64,000 nucleotides of DNA. It comes from Octopus sinensis (taxonomy: Eukaryota). Location of the stretch: contig NC_043006.1 of assembly GCF_006345805.1 (NCBI RefSeq), positions 38,440,001 through 38,504,000 on the forward strand, given 5' to 3'. This document shows, one piece after another, positions 1-12,594 of the stretch (within the stretch, counting starts at the first letter, position 1; each line of letters opens with the position of its first letter). Position numbers and translations under genes: made by a program. Under the pieces are notes generated by a model that worked only from the letters and a program-made list of their open reading frames with translations, was not told the DNA's origin and ran no database searches.

Positions 1-219
1 TACAAGCAGTGTTGTTCATTCCCAATCTTCTGCAAAAAACATATCTGGCCATGGGGAAATATTACCTTGCTTGGAAACAAGTGAGGGTTGGTGACAGATA
101 GAGCATCTGGTCATAGAAAATCTGCCTTAACAAATTCCATCTGACCCATGCAGGGATGGAAAAGTGGACTTTAAATGATGACGATAGAAGTTTGGGTTTT
201 TTATGACTGTTCAACTAAC

Positions 220-345
220 CTGTCGAGTATCTTCTGGCATAATTATTCCATCATTCCAAAGTCTGCTGGAAGCATACACAGCTGAAGATTGCTTCTCCAG
301 TTTTCCTCTCATCTTCTTCTCTGTTTCTTCATCCATGTTAACATC
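220..345 (-). CDS. MCCC2-like: MCCC2-like exon 10 (terminal exon lies left of the window)
   Basis: ttatag|GAT...CAG|gttagt; 126 nt, phase 0-0; DVNMDEETEKKMRGKLEKQSSAVYASSRLWNDGIIMPEDTRQ (YASSRLW.DGII.P.DTR motif). Confidence 0.94.
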
Positions 346-380
346 CTATAAAATTATTAGAACTTTATTATCAGCCATTT

Positions 381-418
<38 letters not shown>

Positions 419-1822
419 CTGTCATATGACTACAAATTAGGAAAGCAATGTGATAAAATCTTTGTAACAAGTTTTGTTCTTTGTATGCCTTGTGCCCAAG
501 GACCCATAAGGCCCGTCACCAAGGTTCCATGATGTAGTAGTCACCAAGATCACATTTCCACTGAAGGGGATGCTAGTCCATTGTAGAGTTCAAGAACTGA
601 AATTTTTGAGGGGAGGGGGAAAGTCAATTATATCGACCCTAGTACTTTATTGATATTTTATCTTACCAATCCTGAAAGGATGAAAGTCAGAGTTGACCTG
701 AGCAAGGTTTGAACTCAGAATGTAAAAAGAGCTGGATGAAATACCTATGAGTGTTTTGCCCAACATGTTAATGATTCTGCTAGCTTCCTACCTGCTATTG
801 GCACTTACGATGATGAGGGCTCCAGCTGGTCTGATGAACGGAACCACCTGCTCATGAAAGTAATGTGCAAGCGGCTGAGTACTCCATGGGCATTCGTACC
901 CTAAATGTAGTTCTTGGGGAGATTCAGTGTGAGACAGAATGTGACGTGGCTGGCCCCTTTGAATTACAGGTACAACTTGTTTTTGCCAGCTGAATAGAAT
1001 GGAACAATATGAAATAAAGAGTCTTGCTCAAGGACACAATGGATTGCTTGGAACTGAATTCATGACCTTACAATCTTGAGCCAAATACCCTGACCACTTG
1101 ACTACTTGCCTTTACTGTTACCTTTTAAAACATATCAAAGAACAAAAAATACAATTAATTCCATGAATAAGTCTCTCTTACTCTTTTATTTGTTTCAGTC
1201 ATTTGACTGTGGCCATGCTGGAGCACCGCCTTTAGTTGAGCAAATCGACCCCAGGATTTATTCTTTGTAAGCCTAGTACTTATTCTATCGGCCTCTTTTC
1301 CTGAACCGCTAGGTTACGGGGATGTTAACACACCAGCATCGATTGTCAAGTGATGTTGGGGAGACGAACACAGACACACAAACACATATATACAACAGGC
1401 TTCTTTCAGTTTCCATCTACCAAATCCACTCACAAGGCTTTGGTTGGCCTGAGGCTATAGTAGAAGACACTTGCCCAAGGTGCCACAAGTCTATAAAAGT
1501 CTATTAATTCAATGACATGTTGTAAGTCTATAAAAAAATACAAGTATGAAATGCGGAAATATTCAGTGTAAAATATAAACATGAACTAAAGGAATATTCG
1601 AGTAAAGATAATTTAACAACATAACATGGCAGTCCTGGTTTAGGATGAATGTTGCTGTAATTAAGCCCCAGGTGACATTGTCTCCAGCTGGCTATATGAC
1701 ATGATCTGTGTCTTTATATTTTCGAATATAAAGGAATATTTCAGCAGAAAATACAAAAAGATGGGGTTGGTGATGATGATGAAGCAAAAGTGAATGAGAA
1801 TGTCTGCCTTGTCCGACCATAC

Positions 1823-1918
1823 CTGTTTCATAGCTTGCAGAATTTCTCCTGCATCCATAGCACCAACTTTGGCATTTGGCCAGCAGAAGACAAAATTTGG
1901 ACCAACAGCACGACCTCC
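1823..1918 (-). CDS. MCCC2-like: MCCC2-like exon 9
   Basis: ccacag|GGA...CAG|gtatgg; 96 nt, phase 0-0; GGRAVGPNFVFCWPNAKVGAMDAGEILQAMKQ (GR...P.F...WPNA motif). Confidence 0.94.
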
Positions 1919-2689
1919 CTGTGGATAGACATTCAAAAGAACAGGAGAAAATCGGAGATTAACAAGGATTCAATAGAGCAGAACTAAAAGTGTTATTGAT
2001 ACATTTATTGCGTCCCTAATGTTTTTGATGTTGAAATTAAAGTTTCCTTTTCTCATATAATTTACAGTGATCAGATTAGCTGGTCACAGTTGGATTGCCT
2101 CCACATTGTTGCTCCTTCTGCAATAAATACTTTCAAATCAAATGTCTCTAAGTAAAAATTAGAGAATACTTTGAATAATGTAGTCTGAATAAAAGATGTG
2201 GTAGTTACATGCAGAATACAGAATACAGACTCAGGGTTAAATAACAATTACTAAATGGATTACACAATTACCTGGGTGTGATCCAATGAATTATTCAAAA
2301 GCTTAGGTTTAATCCAGTGATGTTATCCATTGGATTAATCCAATGGTGTAATCTAGTAAATTACACAATTGTCTAATCGACAAATTGGCAAAGTTGTTAG
2401 AACATAAAACAAAATGCCTTGTGGTATTTGCTCTGATTCTTTGTATTTTACGTTCAAATCTTGCCAAGGTCAACTTCACCTTTCATTTTTTGGCAGGGAG
2501 TCAAAAGAAATAAAATGTCCAAAGCGTGTAATTGGCAGAACTTTGAAAACACCAGACAAGATAAATTGCAATATTCGTTTAGATTGTTTGAATATTTTGA
2601 GTTCTTAGGTTGTACCCTTAATCCATTACCTGTTTTAAGACCACCACCATTCAAACGTGGGTCGATGCCAGTGCAGGTAGCATGTAAAA

Positions 2690-3720
2690 AGTACCATCCG
2701 AATATGGTCAATGCCAGTCCTCCCCACCCCCACAACTGGTTCCTGTGCTGGCAGCACGTAAAAAGCACCATCCAAATGTGGTCGATGCCAGTACCCCACC
2801 AGTCTGACTGGCCCCTGTGCCGGTGGCACATAAAGAGCAACATCTGAATATGGTCGATGTCTGTGCTGCATGACTTGCTCCTCTGCTGGAGGCACGTAAA
2901 AAGTACCATCCAAATGTAGTCGATGCCCGTACCCCACCTGCCCGGTTGGCTCCTGTGCCGGTGGCACATAAAGAGCAACATCTGAATGTGGTCGATGTCT
3001 GCTCCTCTGCTGGTGGCACGTAAAAAGCACCATCCAAATGTAGTCGATGCCAGTACTCCACCTGCCCGACTGGCCCCTGTGCCGGTGGCACATAAAGAGC
3101 AACATCTGAACGTGGTCAATGTCTGTGCCACATGACTTGCTCCTCTGCTGGTGGGACGTAAAAAGCACCATCCAAATGTAGTCGATGCCAGTACCCCACC
3201 TGCCCGACTGGCCCCTGTGCTGGTGGCACATAAAGAGCAACATCTGAATGTGGTCGATGTCTGTGCCGCATGACTTACTCCTCTGCTGGTGGCACGTAAA
3301 AAGCACCATCCAAATGTAGTCGATGCCAGTACTCCACCTGCCCGACTGGCCCCTGTGCCGGTGGCACATAAAGAGCAACATCTGAACGTGGTCAATGTCT
3401 GTGCCACATGACTTGCTCCTCTGCTGGTGGGACGTAAAAAGCACCATCCAAATGTAGTCGATGCCAGTACCCCACCTGCCCGACTGGCCCCTGTGCTGGT
3501 GGCACATAAAGAGCAACATCTGAATGTGGTCGATGTCTGTGCCGCATGACTTACTCTGCTGCTGGTGGCACGTAAAAAGCACCATCTGAACATAGTCAAT
3601 GCCGGTATCCCCATCCCCACCCCACCCTGGCTGGCTCCAGTTCTGGTGACATGTAAAAAGCACCATCTGAAAGTGGTTGATGCCAGTGCCGCCTGACTGG
3701 CTCCTGTGCCAGTGGCACAT
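2690..3720. repeat. 138-bp tandem array (two related halves of about 69 bp) with a 276-bp higher-order repeat, in MCCC2-like intron 8
   Basis: Anchor gcaccatc at 3027, 3165, 3303, 3441, 3579 (period 138). Variant cgtggtcaat recurs at 3111 and 3387 (period 276). Confidence 0.92.
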
Positions 3721-4052
3721 AAAAACCACCCTGTACACTCTTGGAGTGATTGGCATTAGGAAAGGGATCCACCTGTAGAAACCTTGCCAGATCGGATTGG
3801 ATCCTGGTGCAGCCTACTGGCTTGCCAATCCTCAGTCAAACCATCCAACCCATGCCATCATGGAAAACGGACGTTAAACGATGCTGAAGATGATAACCTG
3901 GTCTTTGGATACCTTCAGCAGAGTTCATGTTGTTGCAAATATTTAGACCGAGTCTCTGGTTTGAGGATAACTGACCCCTTTAAAAAAATCACAGAAAGGA
4001 AGAGAGATGTAGCATGTAGAAATTTCAAAACAAAAACAAAAAGAAAACTAAC

Positions 4053-4174
4053 CATTAAGTAGTGATCTTGGCCAAAAGCATTCCCGGTGATAATTGTGAT
4101 TTTCGGAACAGTAGCACAGCTCACGGATGCCAACATCTGAGCATGGCTTTTGATCTTGCTGGACATGTACAGAC
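4053..4174 (-). CDS. MCCC2-like: MCCC2-like exon 8
   Basis: cctcag|GT...ATG|gttagt; 122 nt, phase 1 to 0; LYMSSKIKSHAQMLASVSCATVPKITIITGNAFGQDHYLM (VPKIT motif). Confidence 0.93.
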
Positions 4175-4499
4175 CTGAGGTAGAAGGAGAGACCAAACAG
4201 AAAAAAAATGGTGAGATGGAGGGGTATATGGAAGATTAGAAAGGATTAAGGGAGTAAAAGATAGGGAGATGGCGAAAAATATTGGAGAAGAAATTAAGAG
4301 AAGCCAGAGATAATTATAGAGAGATGAAAGGAAGAACTGTGTGAGGAAGATATAGGGAGTAAGGGAGAGGAAGATATAAGGTTAAAGAAAGATTACAGTA
4401 AGATTGAGTGATAAGATTTGTATTATGAATGAAGAAGATGGAGAGACAGAATTAGAGAAAGAAAATAGCAGATTCAGATGAGTATACATAACAGTAAAT

Positions 4500-4547
<48 letters not shown>

Positions 4548-4966
4548 GACAACTATAACAGTTACTTTGCCATTGTTTTATGGACAGTTTGTAAAATGTT
4601 TTAAACAACCTAAAACTTACAAAATGGTTATGAACAAGTTGAAAAATTATTTAACCCTTTATATTGCATTTGCTATTTTGATATAAGAGCAAGCAGCTCT
4701 TAGTAGCCATGAATGACAGTTCAATATACAGAGCTGATGAAGCGTAATGACACAGAAACTCATGTCCTAAGGCCTGGTAATGTAATTCAAGGCCTAGTCA
4801 CGTGTTTATATCCATACTGTCTATAAAGGGAATTTCTTCTCTCAAGGTCACTTGCGCAACATGTTGTCTTTCCATGTCCAAATGCACATGAACATGTTAA
4901 ATACAACAGTCCATAACTATATTTAAAAAGACAAGAATAACACGTGGGACAGTTTTTGAGACTTAC

Positions 4967-5133
4967 TATATGCTCCTGAGGGTGGTGTTTGTCCTAATGA
5001 TGTCATGGATGAAGTGTTTTGCAGGAATACAAGTGGAATGTCTCTTTCACAGCACAACTGAACAAAATGGCATCCTTTGGTTGCAGCAGTGTCTGATAAT
5101 TCACCATTGCTGGCTATAATACCAACTAAATGA
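4967..5133 (-). CDS. MCCC2-like: MCCC2-like exon 7
   Basis: ttacag|T CAT...TAT A|gtaagt; 167 nt, phase 2 to 1; HLVGIIASNGELSDTAATKGCHFVQLCCERDIPLVFLQNTSSMTSLGQTPPSGAY. Confidence 0.93.
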
Positions 5134-5635
5134 CTGTAAAAGAGAATTAAAAAATTACAATTGAAAGGAAAATTATAGTTGCTAATAAATCATAGAATTC
5201 TTTAGAATAAATGTACAGAAAAATAGGCATAAAGAGCTTGTTGATATTGCAAGATGGGAGCTAAATTTTAACTGAAAGTTATACTATTTTTTTTATTTAC
5301 TTTTAAGCCCTTCACTCCCCAAGGAATATAGGCCATCATTGACTCTTCTTCACTGTTCTTGACTCTGGGCTGTCTTTTCAGGGTTATTCCCTCAGTATGA
5401 GGGACACCCATGTTGCTCAGAGAGAAAGCCTTCCTCTCTCAGGTTTTATTGGTTCTGAATTGTCACTGATGCTTCTGTAATTTTGCTTTTTGGCTAAGTA
5501 TGTATGTTGGCCCTATGCAAACCCAGTTTTACTTCTGCAAAGAGGTGGCGCTTATTACTTCAGTTTGTCTCCTTTGACAAAAAAGAAAAGAACTAAAAAA
5601 GTCTTTTGTAGATGAAATTTTTATTTAGCACTCAC

Positions 5636-5727
5636 CTGTTAATATGTGAAAAACCTGTTACCAGACCAGTACCATATCTTTTTTTGAATTCTTGGAATCG
5701 GCTGTCATCAGTGATTCTGGCTATGAT
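5636..5727 (-). CDS. MCCC2-like: MCCC2-like exon 6
   Basis: cag|ATC...AG|gtgagt; 92 nt, phase 0 to 2; [30 protein letters not shown]. Confidence 0.95.
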
Positions 5728-7212
5728 CTGATAGGAAAAAAAAAATTAAATATGGTTTGGTCTAAGCTGTCACGGGCCTTGTGATAAGACACCTAGGGCT
5801 CCATTACAGCATTAATTAAGGTAAGCCTTTTGCTAATAAAGCTCATTCAAGAGACCCTTTAAATTTGATAGATGGAAGGATTGAATGATAAAATGCAACT
5901 TTAAGTGTTAAAGTGGTAGAGGTGGGGGTTTACTTAATATTGGGAGAACACAAGAAAGGGATGTTCCAGGTAGCAGAATATCCAGGTGCAAGGATATTCT
6001 CATTTAAAGTCTGCTTTTTAATGCTGGCATGGGTCAGACAGAATTTGTTGAGCCAGATTACATCTACACTGACCCTTTCTAAGCAAAGTAATACTTTTCC
6101 ACTGCTGGACATGGTCTTCATGGAAGACTGGAAATTAAGTCTCACTTGTATGATGATGATGTAAATGGATGATTTACATCCATTTTTAAGGTTTTATATA
6201 TGGAGTACAGATTGCAGCAGCATCACCACCACCACCACCATCATCATCACTTACTATCATCTTAAACCTCTCTTTCCCTTGCTGTCCTCTCCACACAATT
6301 TCCAGCTTTCTCTTCACTTTCTCATCCCCTGCCTCCCCTAGACACACCCGACTCCTCTTTTAACCAATGTCCCTCCCTCTTCAGCTTCTCCGAAGCATTA
6401 TTGCCCTCACTTATTTTTTTCACATGTCCTTTCCTTTACCTTAATTCCATATGCACCCACTAAACATAGGATAGTACTAGATCACTCCTATACACTTCAT
6501 CCTATCACCTATTCACTTTGTTCCTCTCTCTCTTCTCCCTCCATCATAAGTGCAGATATGAAATTTGCTTCAGGGGCTGTAAAACACATTTTCAGGTTGG
6601 TGTTCAAAGCATTTTCACCACCCAACCACTGCACCCCCACCCCATCCCTGACCCTATGCCTTCAACTGCCATATCTTCCCCACAATAGATCTGTTCCCTT
6701 TATCATACTTCAGCATTTCATCACCTTACCTAAAATCATCACCCACCTCTCTCTCTCTCATTTCTTTTTCCACAGTTATGATTCTTTTGTCTTGCCAATT
6801 CCGAGGTGACCTCACCAGTGCTGGTGCCAGAAAAATAAAGGTCCCTAATAAACTCTGTAAAATGGATGGCATTATGAAATGCATCTAGCTATACAATCTT
6901 TGCTAAAATTGAGACCTTCAAACATGACATTGTCTTTTAGAATATCAGATCCTATCAAGCTGTCCAACACATGCCTGCATGGTAGATAGCTGTAAAATGA
7001 TGATGAAGATGATGGTGGTGATGATGATGATGATGAGGAATACAGTATCTTTACATTCAGTGCCAAGATAATCATCATGGGATTTATAGACAGTGGTTCC
7101 AAAGCTGACCGTAGAACCTGCCACTGTTCATTGGTTTGCCAGCACTCACCAAACTGTCCAACACATGCCAGCCCTGAAAGCGGATGTTAAATAATAACAA
7201 TGACTGACTTAC

Positions 7213-7402
7213 TTTATAAGGGTCCATCGCATGTTGGTTCTCTTCTGGTATCAACCCTAAGAGTTCTGATGGATCATAGTAAGGTGGTGGCGAAACGGAG
7301 GTATTTTCACACGGGGCCAGGTTCAGGGTGGCCACAATGTCCCTCGTTATGCTGAATGCTTCATCTTCAGTGTCTGCATAATGGTCACTACAGCCACTCA
7401 TG
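7213..7402 (-). CDS. MCCC2-like: MCCC2-like exon 5
   Basis: ggcag|C ATG...AAA|gtaagt; 190 nt, phase 2 to 0; MSGCSDHYADTEDEAFSITRDIVATLNLAPCENTSVSPPPYYDPSELLGLIPEENQHAMDPYK. Confidence 0.95.
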
Positions 7403-8563
7403 CTGCCAAAATATTAAAGGTCAATAATTTCAGACATAATCTGAGAATAGGACGACCATGTCAGCTATCATAAAATTGAACATAATGAGGTCATCTGTAA
7501 GAATGTTAAACATTGCGAACCCATCCATGCTAATTATGAATTGTGAACCCATCCATGTGAAACCAGCCATGCTAATTATGAATATAGATTCTGGTAAGAG
7601 TGTGTGGTTAAGAAGCTCATTTTTTATCCACTTGATTGAGTATTTAGCCCTACAGCATGGCACCAAGTAAAGTGTAGTCTACTAGAGCCCATGGCAGACC
7701 AAAACCTTGTGAATTAATTTGGTTGAAAGAAGCTGTAGAAAAGCTCATTGTGTGTGTGTGTGTGTCTATATATATGTTCTTTTACTTGCTTCAGTCATTT
7801 GACTGCGGTCATGCTGGAGCACCTCCTTTAGTTGAACAAACTGACCCCAGGACTTGTTCTTTGTAAGTCTAGTACTTATTCTATCAGCCTCTTTTGTTGA
7901 ACTGCTAAGTTACGGGGACATAAACACACCAGCATCAGTTGTCAAGTGATGTTGAGGGGTGGGTGGGGACAAACACACACACAAACATATACACACACAC
8001 ATTTATATACGATGGGCTTCTTTCAGTTTCTGTCTACCAAATCCACTCACAAGTCTTTGGTCAGCCTGAGGCTATAGTAGAAGACAGTTGCCCAAGGTGC
8101 CATGCAGTGGGACTGAACCCAGAACCATGTGGTTCAGAAGCAAGCTTTTTACCACACAGCCATTCCGAAAATGAATTTAAAAGAATATATTATCTTGGCA
8201 AGTACCATATTTTCTCTCAAATCTGTATCAGATGCTAACCACAATGGTCTGCATGTAGTACTTGAGTTCACCATGAGTTGTAAAGCGCTGGTAACTTCTC
8301 CCATTGGGTAATTCTGTGTGTCTTGTTCAGGATTGCATAGGTTCTGTAGAGTAATTAATAACATTGGTAACATTATTAAAATCTCCATTCTCCTTATCAA
8401 TATTAATATTAGCTGTGTGGTAAGAAGCTTACTTCCCAGACACATGGTTTCAGGTTCAGTTCCACTGCTTGGCTCCTTGGACAAGTGTCTTCTAGCATCG
8501 GGCTAACCAAATCCTTGAGAGTGGGTTCGGTAGATGGAAACTGAAAGAAGCCTGTCGTGTGTA

Positions 8564-8615
<52 letters not shown>

Positions 8616-8854
8616 TATGTGTGTGTGTGTGTGTATTTGTGTCTGTGTTGTCCCCATACCATCATTTGACAACCGATGTTGGTGTGTTTATGTCCCTGTA
8701 ACATAATGGTTTGGCAAAAGAGACTGATAGAATAAGTACTAAGCTTATAAAGAATAAGTCCTGGGGTCAATTTACTTGACTAAAGGTAGTGCTGCAGTCA
8801 GATGACTGAAACGAGCAAAAGAGTATATATATAAATGGGTCCTGTGCTGGTGGC

Positions 8855-9160
8855 ACGTCAAAACACCATTCAAGCGTGGTTGTAGCCAGTACCACCGGAC
8901 TAGCTCCTGTGCAGGTGGCACGTAAAAAGCACCATTTGAGCATGGTCAATACCAGTACCGCCTGACTGGCCCTTATGCCAGTGGCATATAAAGGCACCAA
9001 CTACACTCTAAGAGTGGTTGGCATTAGGAAAGGCGCCCAGCTGTAGAAACTTTGCCAGATCAGATTGGAGCCTGGTACTGCCTTCTGGCTTGGCAGCCCT
9101 GTCAAACCATCCAACCCATGCCAGCATGGAAAGCAGACGTTAAATGACGACGATGATGAG
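8855..9160 (+). mobile_element. SINE-like family D with (GAT)n tail and an internal repetitive gtggcacgtaaaaagcacc module
   Basis: cctgtgctggtggcacgt.aaa.gcacc...ggcattaggaa.ggc.ccagctgtagaaac...caaaccatccaacccatgccagcatggaaa.cagacgttaaatgatgatg. Many copies, e.g. 3700-3895, 25350-25530, 38690-38840, 40060-40260, 47455-47640, 53710-54010, 60570-60800, 61540-61900. Confidence 0.78.
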
Positions 9161-9593
9161 AGGTGATGCCGGTATGATTGGGCGACTGCTGGTCTTCCAT
9201 AAACAACCTTGCCTGGACTTGTGCCTGGGAAGGTAACTCTCTAGGTGCAATCCCATGGTCTGTGTCATGACCAAAGGGGGTCTCAGAATTCTTAAGCAAT
9301 ATTTTTGACAGTGACTTCAGAGTTTCGGCAAGTTAACCCATCATTGGACTGCAATCTGACAATGGCATAACTGATTTAAACTTCATAGTCACTCTCAATA
9401 ATACTCTTAAGTGTCTAAGAATAATAATGTTGCCTTTGATGTCTTTTCCTTATCTTCCCAACTTACAGGAACATGAATATAGGAGAAGTTGTCCAGAAGA
9501 TTGGACAGGGTCTATGGGTTAACGAGGAATTAAATCTCAAATTAGAAATCAGTTCTTATGTTTTGGATGTTCCTGACATAATAAAACCTTTAC

Positions 9594-9772
9594 CTTGAAT
9601 GTAGAGCTGCTCCACCTAACTCCTCAGCAGAGACAATTTCTCCAAGGGCTGCCTTCACTAAAGGAGGACCTCCAAGGAAAATAGCACCGATTCTCTTAAC
9701 AATGACCACCTCGTTGGACATAGTTGGCATGTATGCACCACCCGCAGTACAATGACCAAGCACAACTGAAAT
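9594..9772 (-). CDS. MCCC2-like: MCCC2-like exon 4
   Basis: ttcag|ATT...AG|gtaaag; 179 nt, phase 0 to 2; [59 protein letters not shown] (CTAGGAY and [12 protein letters not shown] motifs). Confidence 0.97.
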
Positions 9773-11498
9773 CTGAAAGTAGTGGAAAAGAACAAATGAC
9801 AAATTAAAAAAGTGACATCCCCATCGCCACCACCATCTTCTATTCAGTAATTTTCAATCAAGTGTGGCTGTGTGGTAAGAAGTTGGCTTTGCAACCTCAT
9901 GGTTTCTGATTCACTCCCACTGCATGGTACCTTGGGCAAGTGTCTTCTACAACAGCCCTGGATCAACAAATTCCTTGTAAGAGGATTTGGTAGTTGGAAA
10001 CTGAAGGAAGCCTGTTGTGTGTGTGTGTGTGTGATGCTGTCTCTTTGCCTTGTATTGTGTCATCAACATCATTATCATTTAACAACTGTTTTCTATCCTG
10101 GCATGGGTTGGCTGGTTTGACAGGTTTCTATGGCTGGATGCCAACCACTTTACAGAGTGTACTGGGCACTTTTTATATGGCACCAAAACCATAATTTTTT
10201 TGATGTGCAATAACTGTAACCAAGTGTCACTGTCATGCATACAATGTCCTTCTCTTCCAATCTTCGGGGTAAGCATGTCTGGTCATGAGGAAATGTTACC
10301 TTACAATTATCATACAATGTCAAGACAAGGAGCCACAAAAATATACACAAACATATGAATGTGCATGTGTGTGCATGCAACAGGTTTCTTTTAATTTTTG
10401 CCTGCCAAATCTGTTCAAAAGGCTTTGATCTGCTTAAAGCTATAGTAGACACTTACCTAAGGTGCCACAGTGGGACTGAGCATCTTTTAGCATGCAGCAT
10501 TACCTTCTAACTGCTCTTATTATAATTTCATATGTATATTTATAAAATTAATTACTTTATATTTTCATCATAATTGATTTTTACATGCTGGCTGCCAGAT
10601 AAAATCCTGTATAGATTTTATTCTTAATTTTAATTAATAAATATAAATTCACATATGCATATATATATATATATACATACATACATACACAAACGACAGG
10701 CTTCTTTCAGTTTTCATCTACCAGATCCACTCTCAAGGTTTTTGGTCGGCTCAAGGCTATAGCAGAAGACACTTGCCCAAGGTGTCATGCAGTGGGACTG
10801 AACCTGGAACCATGTGGTTGGTAAGCAAGCTACTTACCACATAGTCACTCTGGCACCTATGTATAAATGTCTATAATTATGTACTTTGCGTTACGTTATG
10901 TTGAAGATCGTAGAATGTAATACATCACTAAACCTGAACATGATCGATATATGACTAAACTTTTTCAGGAAATCTTAATAGTTAATATCTCTTTCTCACA
11001 AGGATAAAAATATGAATCTGCTAGATTCAATCTTTCCGCTTTATTGTTTCTGAAGTTCATTGAATTCAATTTATACTTTCTGACCTGAAGTGTACAATGG
11101 TATATATAATTAGATTTAATTAATTTAATCTAATTCAATTCAATCATAAATCTGCATTATTTCTATATCTCTGTAAATAACGATCGTCTGCATGAATTAA
11201 AATTCTCTTATATATTTTAACAACTGGGCTTCTCCATTCTTAACTAAACTGATGAGTTTTATGGGACTTCTTTCTATAAATTCACCACACATCATATACA
11301 AGTATTACCTTCGTATCTTCACAAGCTTACACCTGTAAACTACCAGCAAAATATGAAGGATCAACATTAGAAATCTTTTTTGGAAACCTCCAGATTAAAG
11401 GATGAATCTACATTTAACCTTTTTATACCTATATATATATATATATTGTTGGCAATTTTCTTTCTGTCTTCCCTTCCTTGGGCCTTTCCTTTTTCTAT

Positions 11499-11533
11499 GT
11501 TTCTGACGAAGAGCTCCGCTCGAAACATTAAAT
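11499..11533 (+). ncRNA. Minimal hammerhead motif, family 2 (Penelope-like repeat, about 11450-11630)
   Basis: gttt CTGACGA a gagc-tcc-gctc GAA ACAT T aaat; a single G>A change in the ACGT stem III. Confidence 0.6.
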
Positions 11534-11666
11534 CCTCCTCCTCTCTTTCCTTTCCTGAGCATCCAATAACATTATACTTGTTCCACGTCCTCGCGTTGTT
11601 GTGTTTTCTCTTTGTTCATGTTTGGATTTACTATATATATATATATATATAATATGTATTATTTAC

Positions 11667-11747
11667 CTGAGGTATACTCTGTGATGCCATGTTGGCAATA
11701 TTATAAAAGACTCGACCGCCTTGTTCTTTATCAGGGAATATTTCAGA
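11667..11747 (-). CDS. MCCC2-like: MCCC2-like exon 3
   Basis: tttttcag|TCT...CAG|gtaaat; 81 nt, phase 0-0; SEIFPDKEQGGRVFYNIANMASQSIPQ. Confidence 0.95.
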
Positions 11748-12556
11748 CTGAAAAATGTTCCAAGTAGAAAAGAGAAAAACAAGAATAGAATTGAACATCT
11801 AATACAATAATGAGCATAGGGTTTTTATATATTCGTATATATGTGTATATATATTTGTCCAAAATCACACAGGAGTGAATGATGAAGGGAGAGGAGATAA
11901 ATAGTAATTCAGTGAAGAAACAGTGAGAGTAATAGCCATGACTGAGAGGAATTTAGAGAATGTAATAGCAATGAGAGAGAGGAAGTGGCAAAGCGAGCAT
12001 TGTGTATCTTCTACTATAATAATCTACTGTAATAATACTCTTGTGTATTTCTCTGTCACAACATATGAATGAGAAAGGAAGGGGTGATCCACCGATGGAA
12101 ATGGGATGGTGAAAAGTCAATGGTGGAACAAAAATCAAACAGCGCTTCAACTTTGTGTGTGTGTGTGTGTAAAAGGAAGGAATGTGAATGTTTGTGTATG
12201 TTTGTGTAAAATATATTTGAGTGAGTGTATATGTGTTTGTGTATGTTTATTTAGGAAGATACATAGAAAATATAATTAGACACATGCGCATATATTTCTG
12301 TTTCTCTTGTTTACTCTTGTGGGTTCAAGAGACAGAAACAGGCAGAAACAAGGAAAATGCCACTTGTATTTGAACACTATGCAAATATTCTTTTAAAAAA
12401 CTTTTCTTTTAATTTTTCCAAAATTTGTTTTCCATACTTACAATGACTGAAACTGGTACTGAAATGTTTTTTATAAAATTATTTTAGCATTTTCTACCTT
12501 GACTTTTTTTTTCTATATATATCAACTCGTGTGTTCCTTTTCAACCTTATACATAC

Positions 12557-12594
<38 letters not shown>

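Noticed and set aside
2454-3756. Long ORFs (388, 373, 128, 127 aa) over the 138-bp array
   Set aside because: They arise because the repeat period is a multiple of 3; they lie inside an intron, on both strands, with no domain signature.
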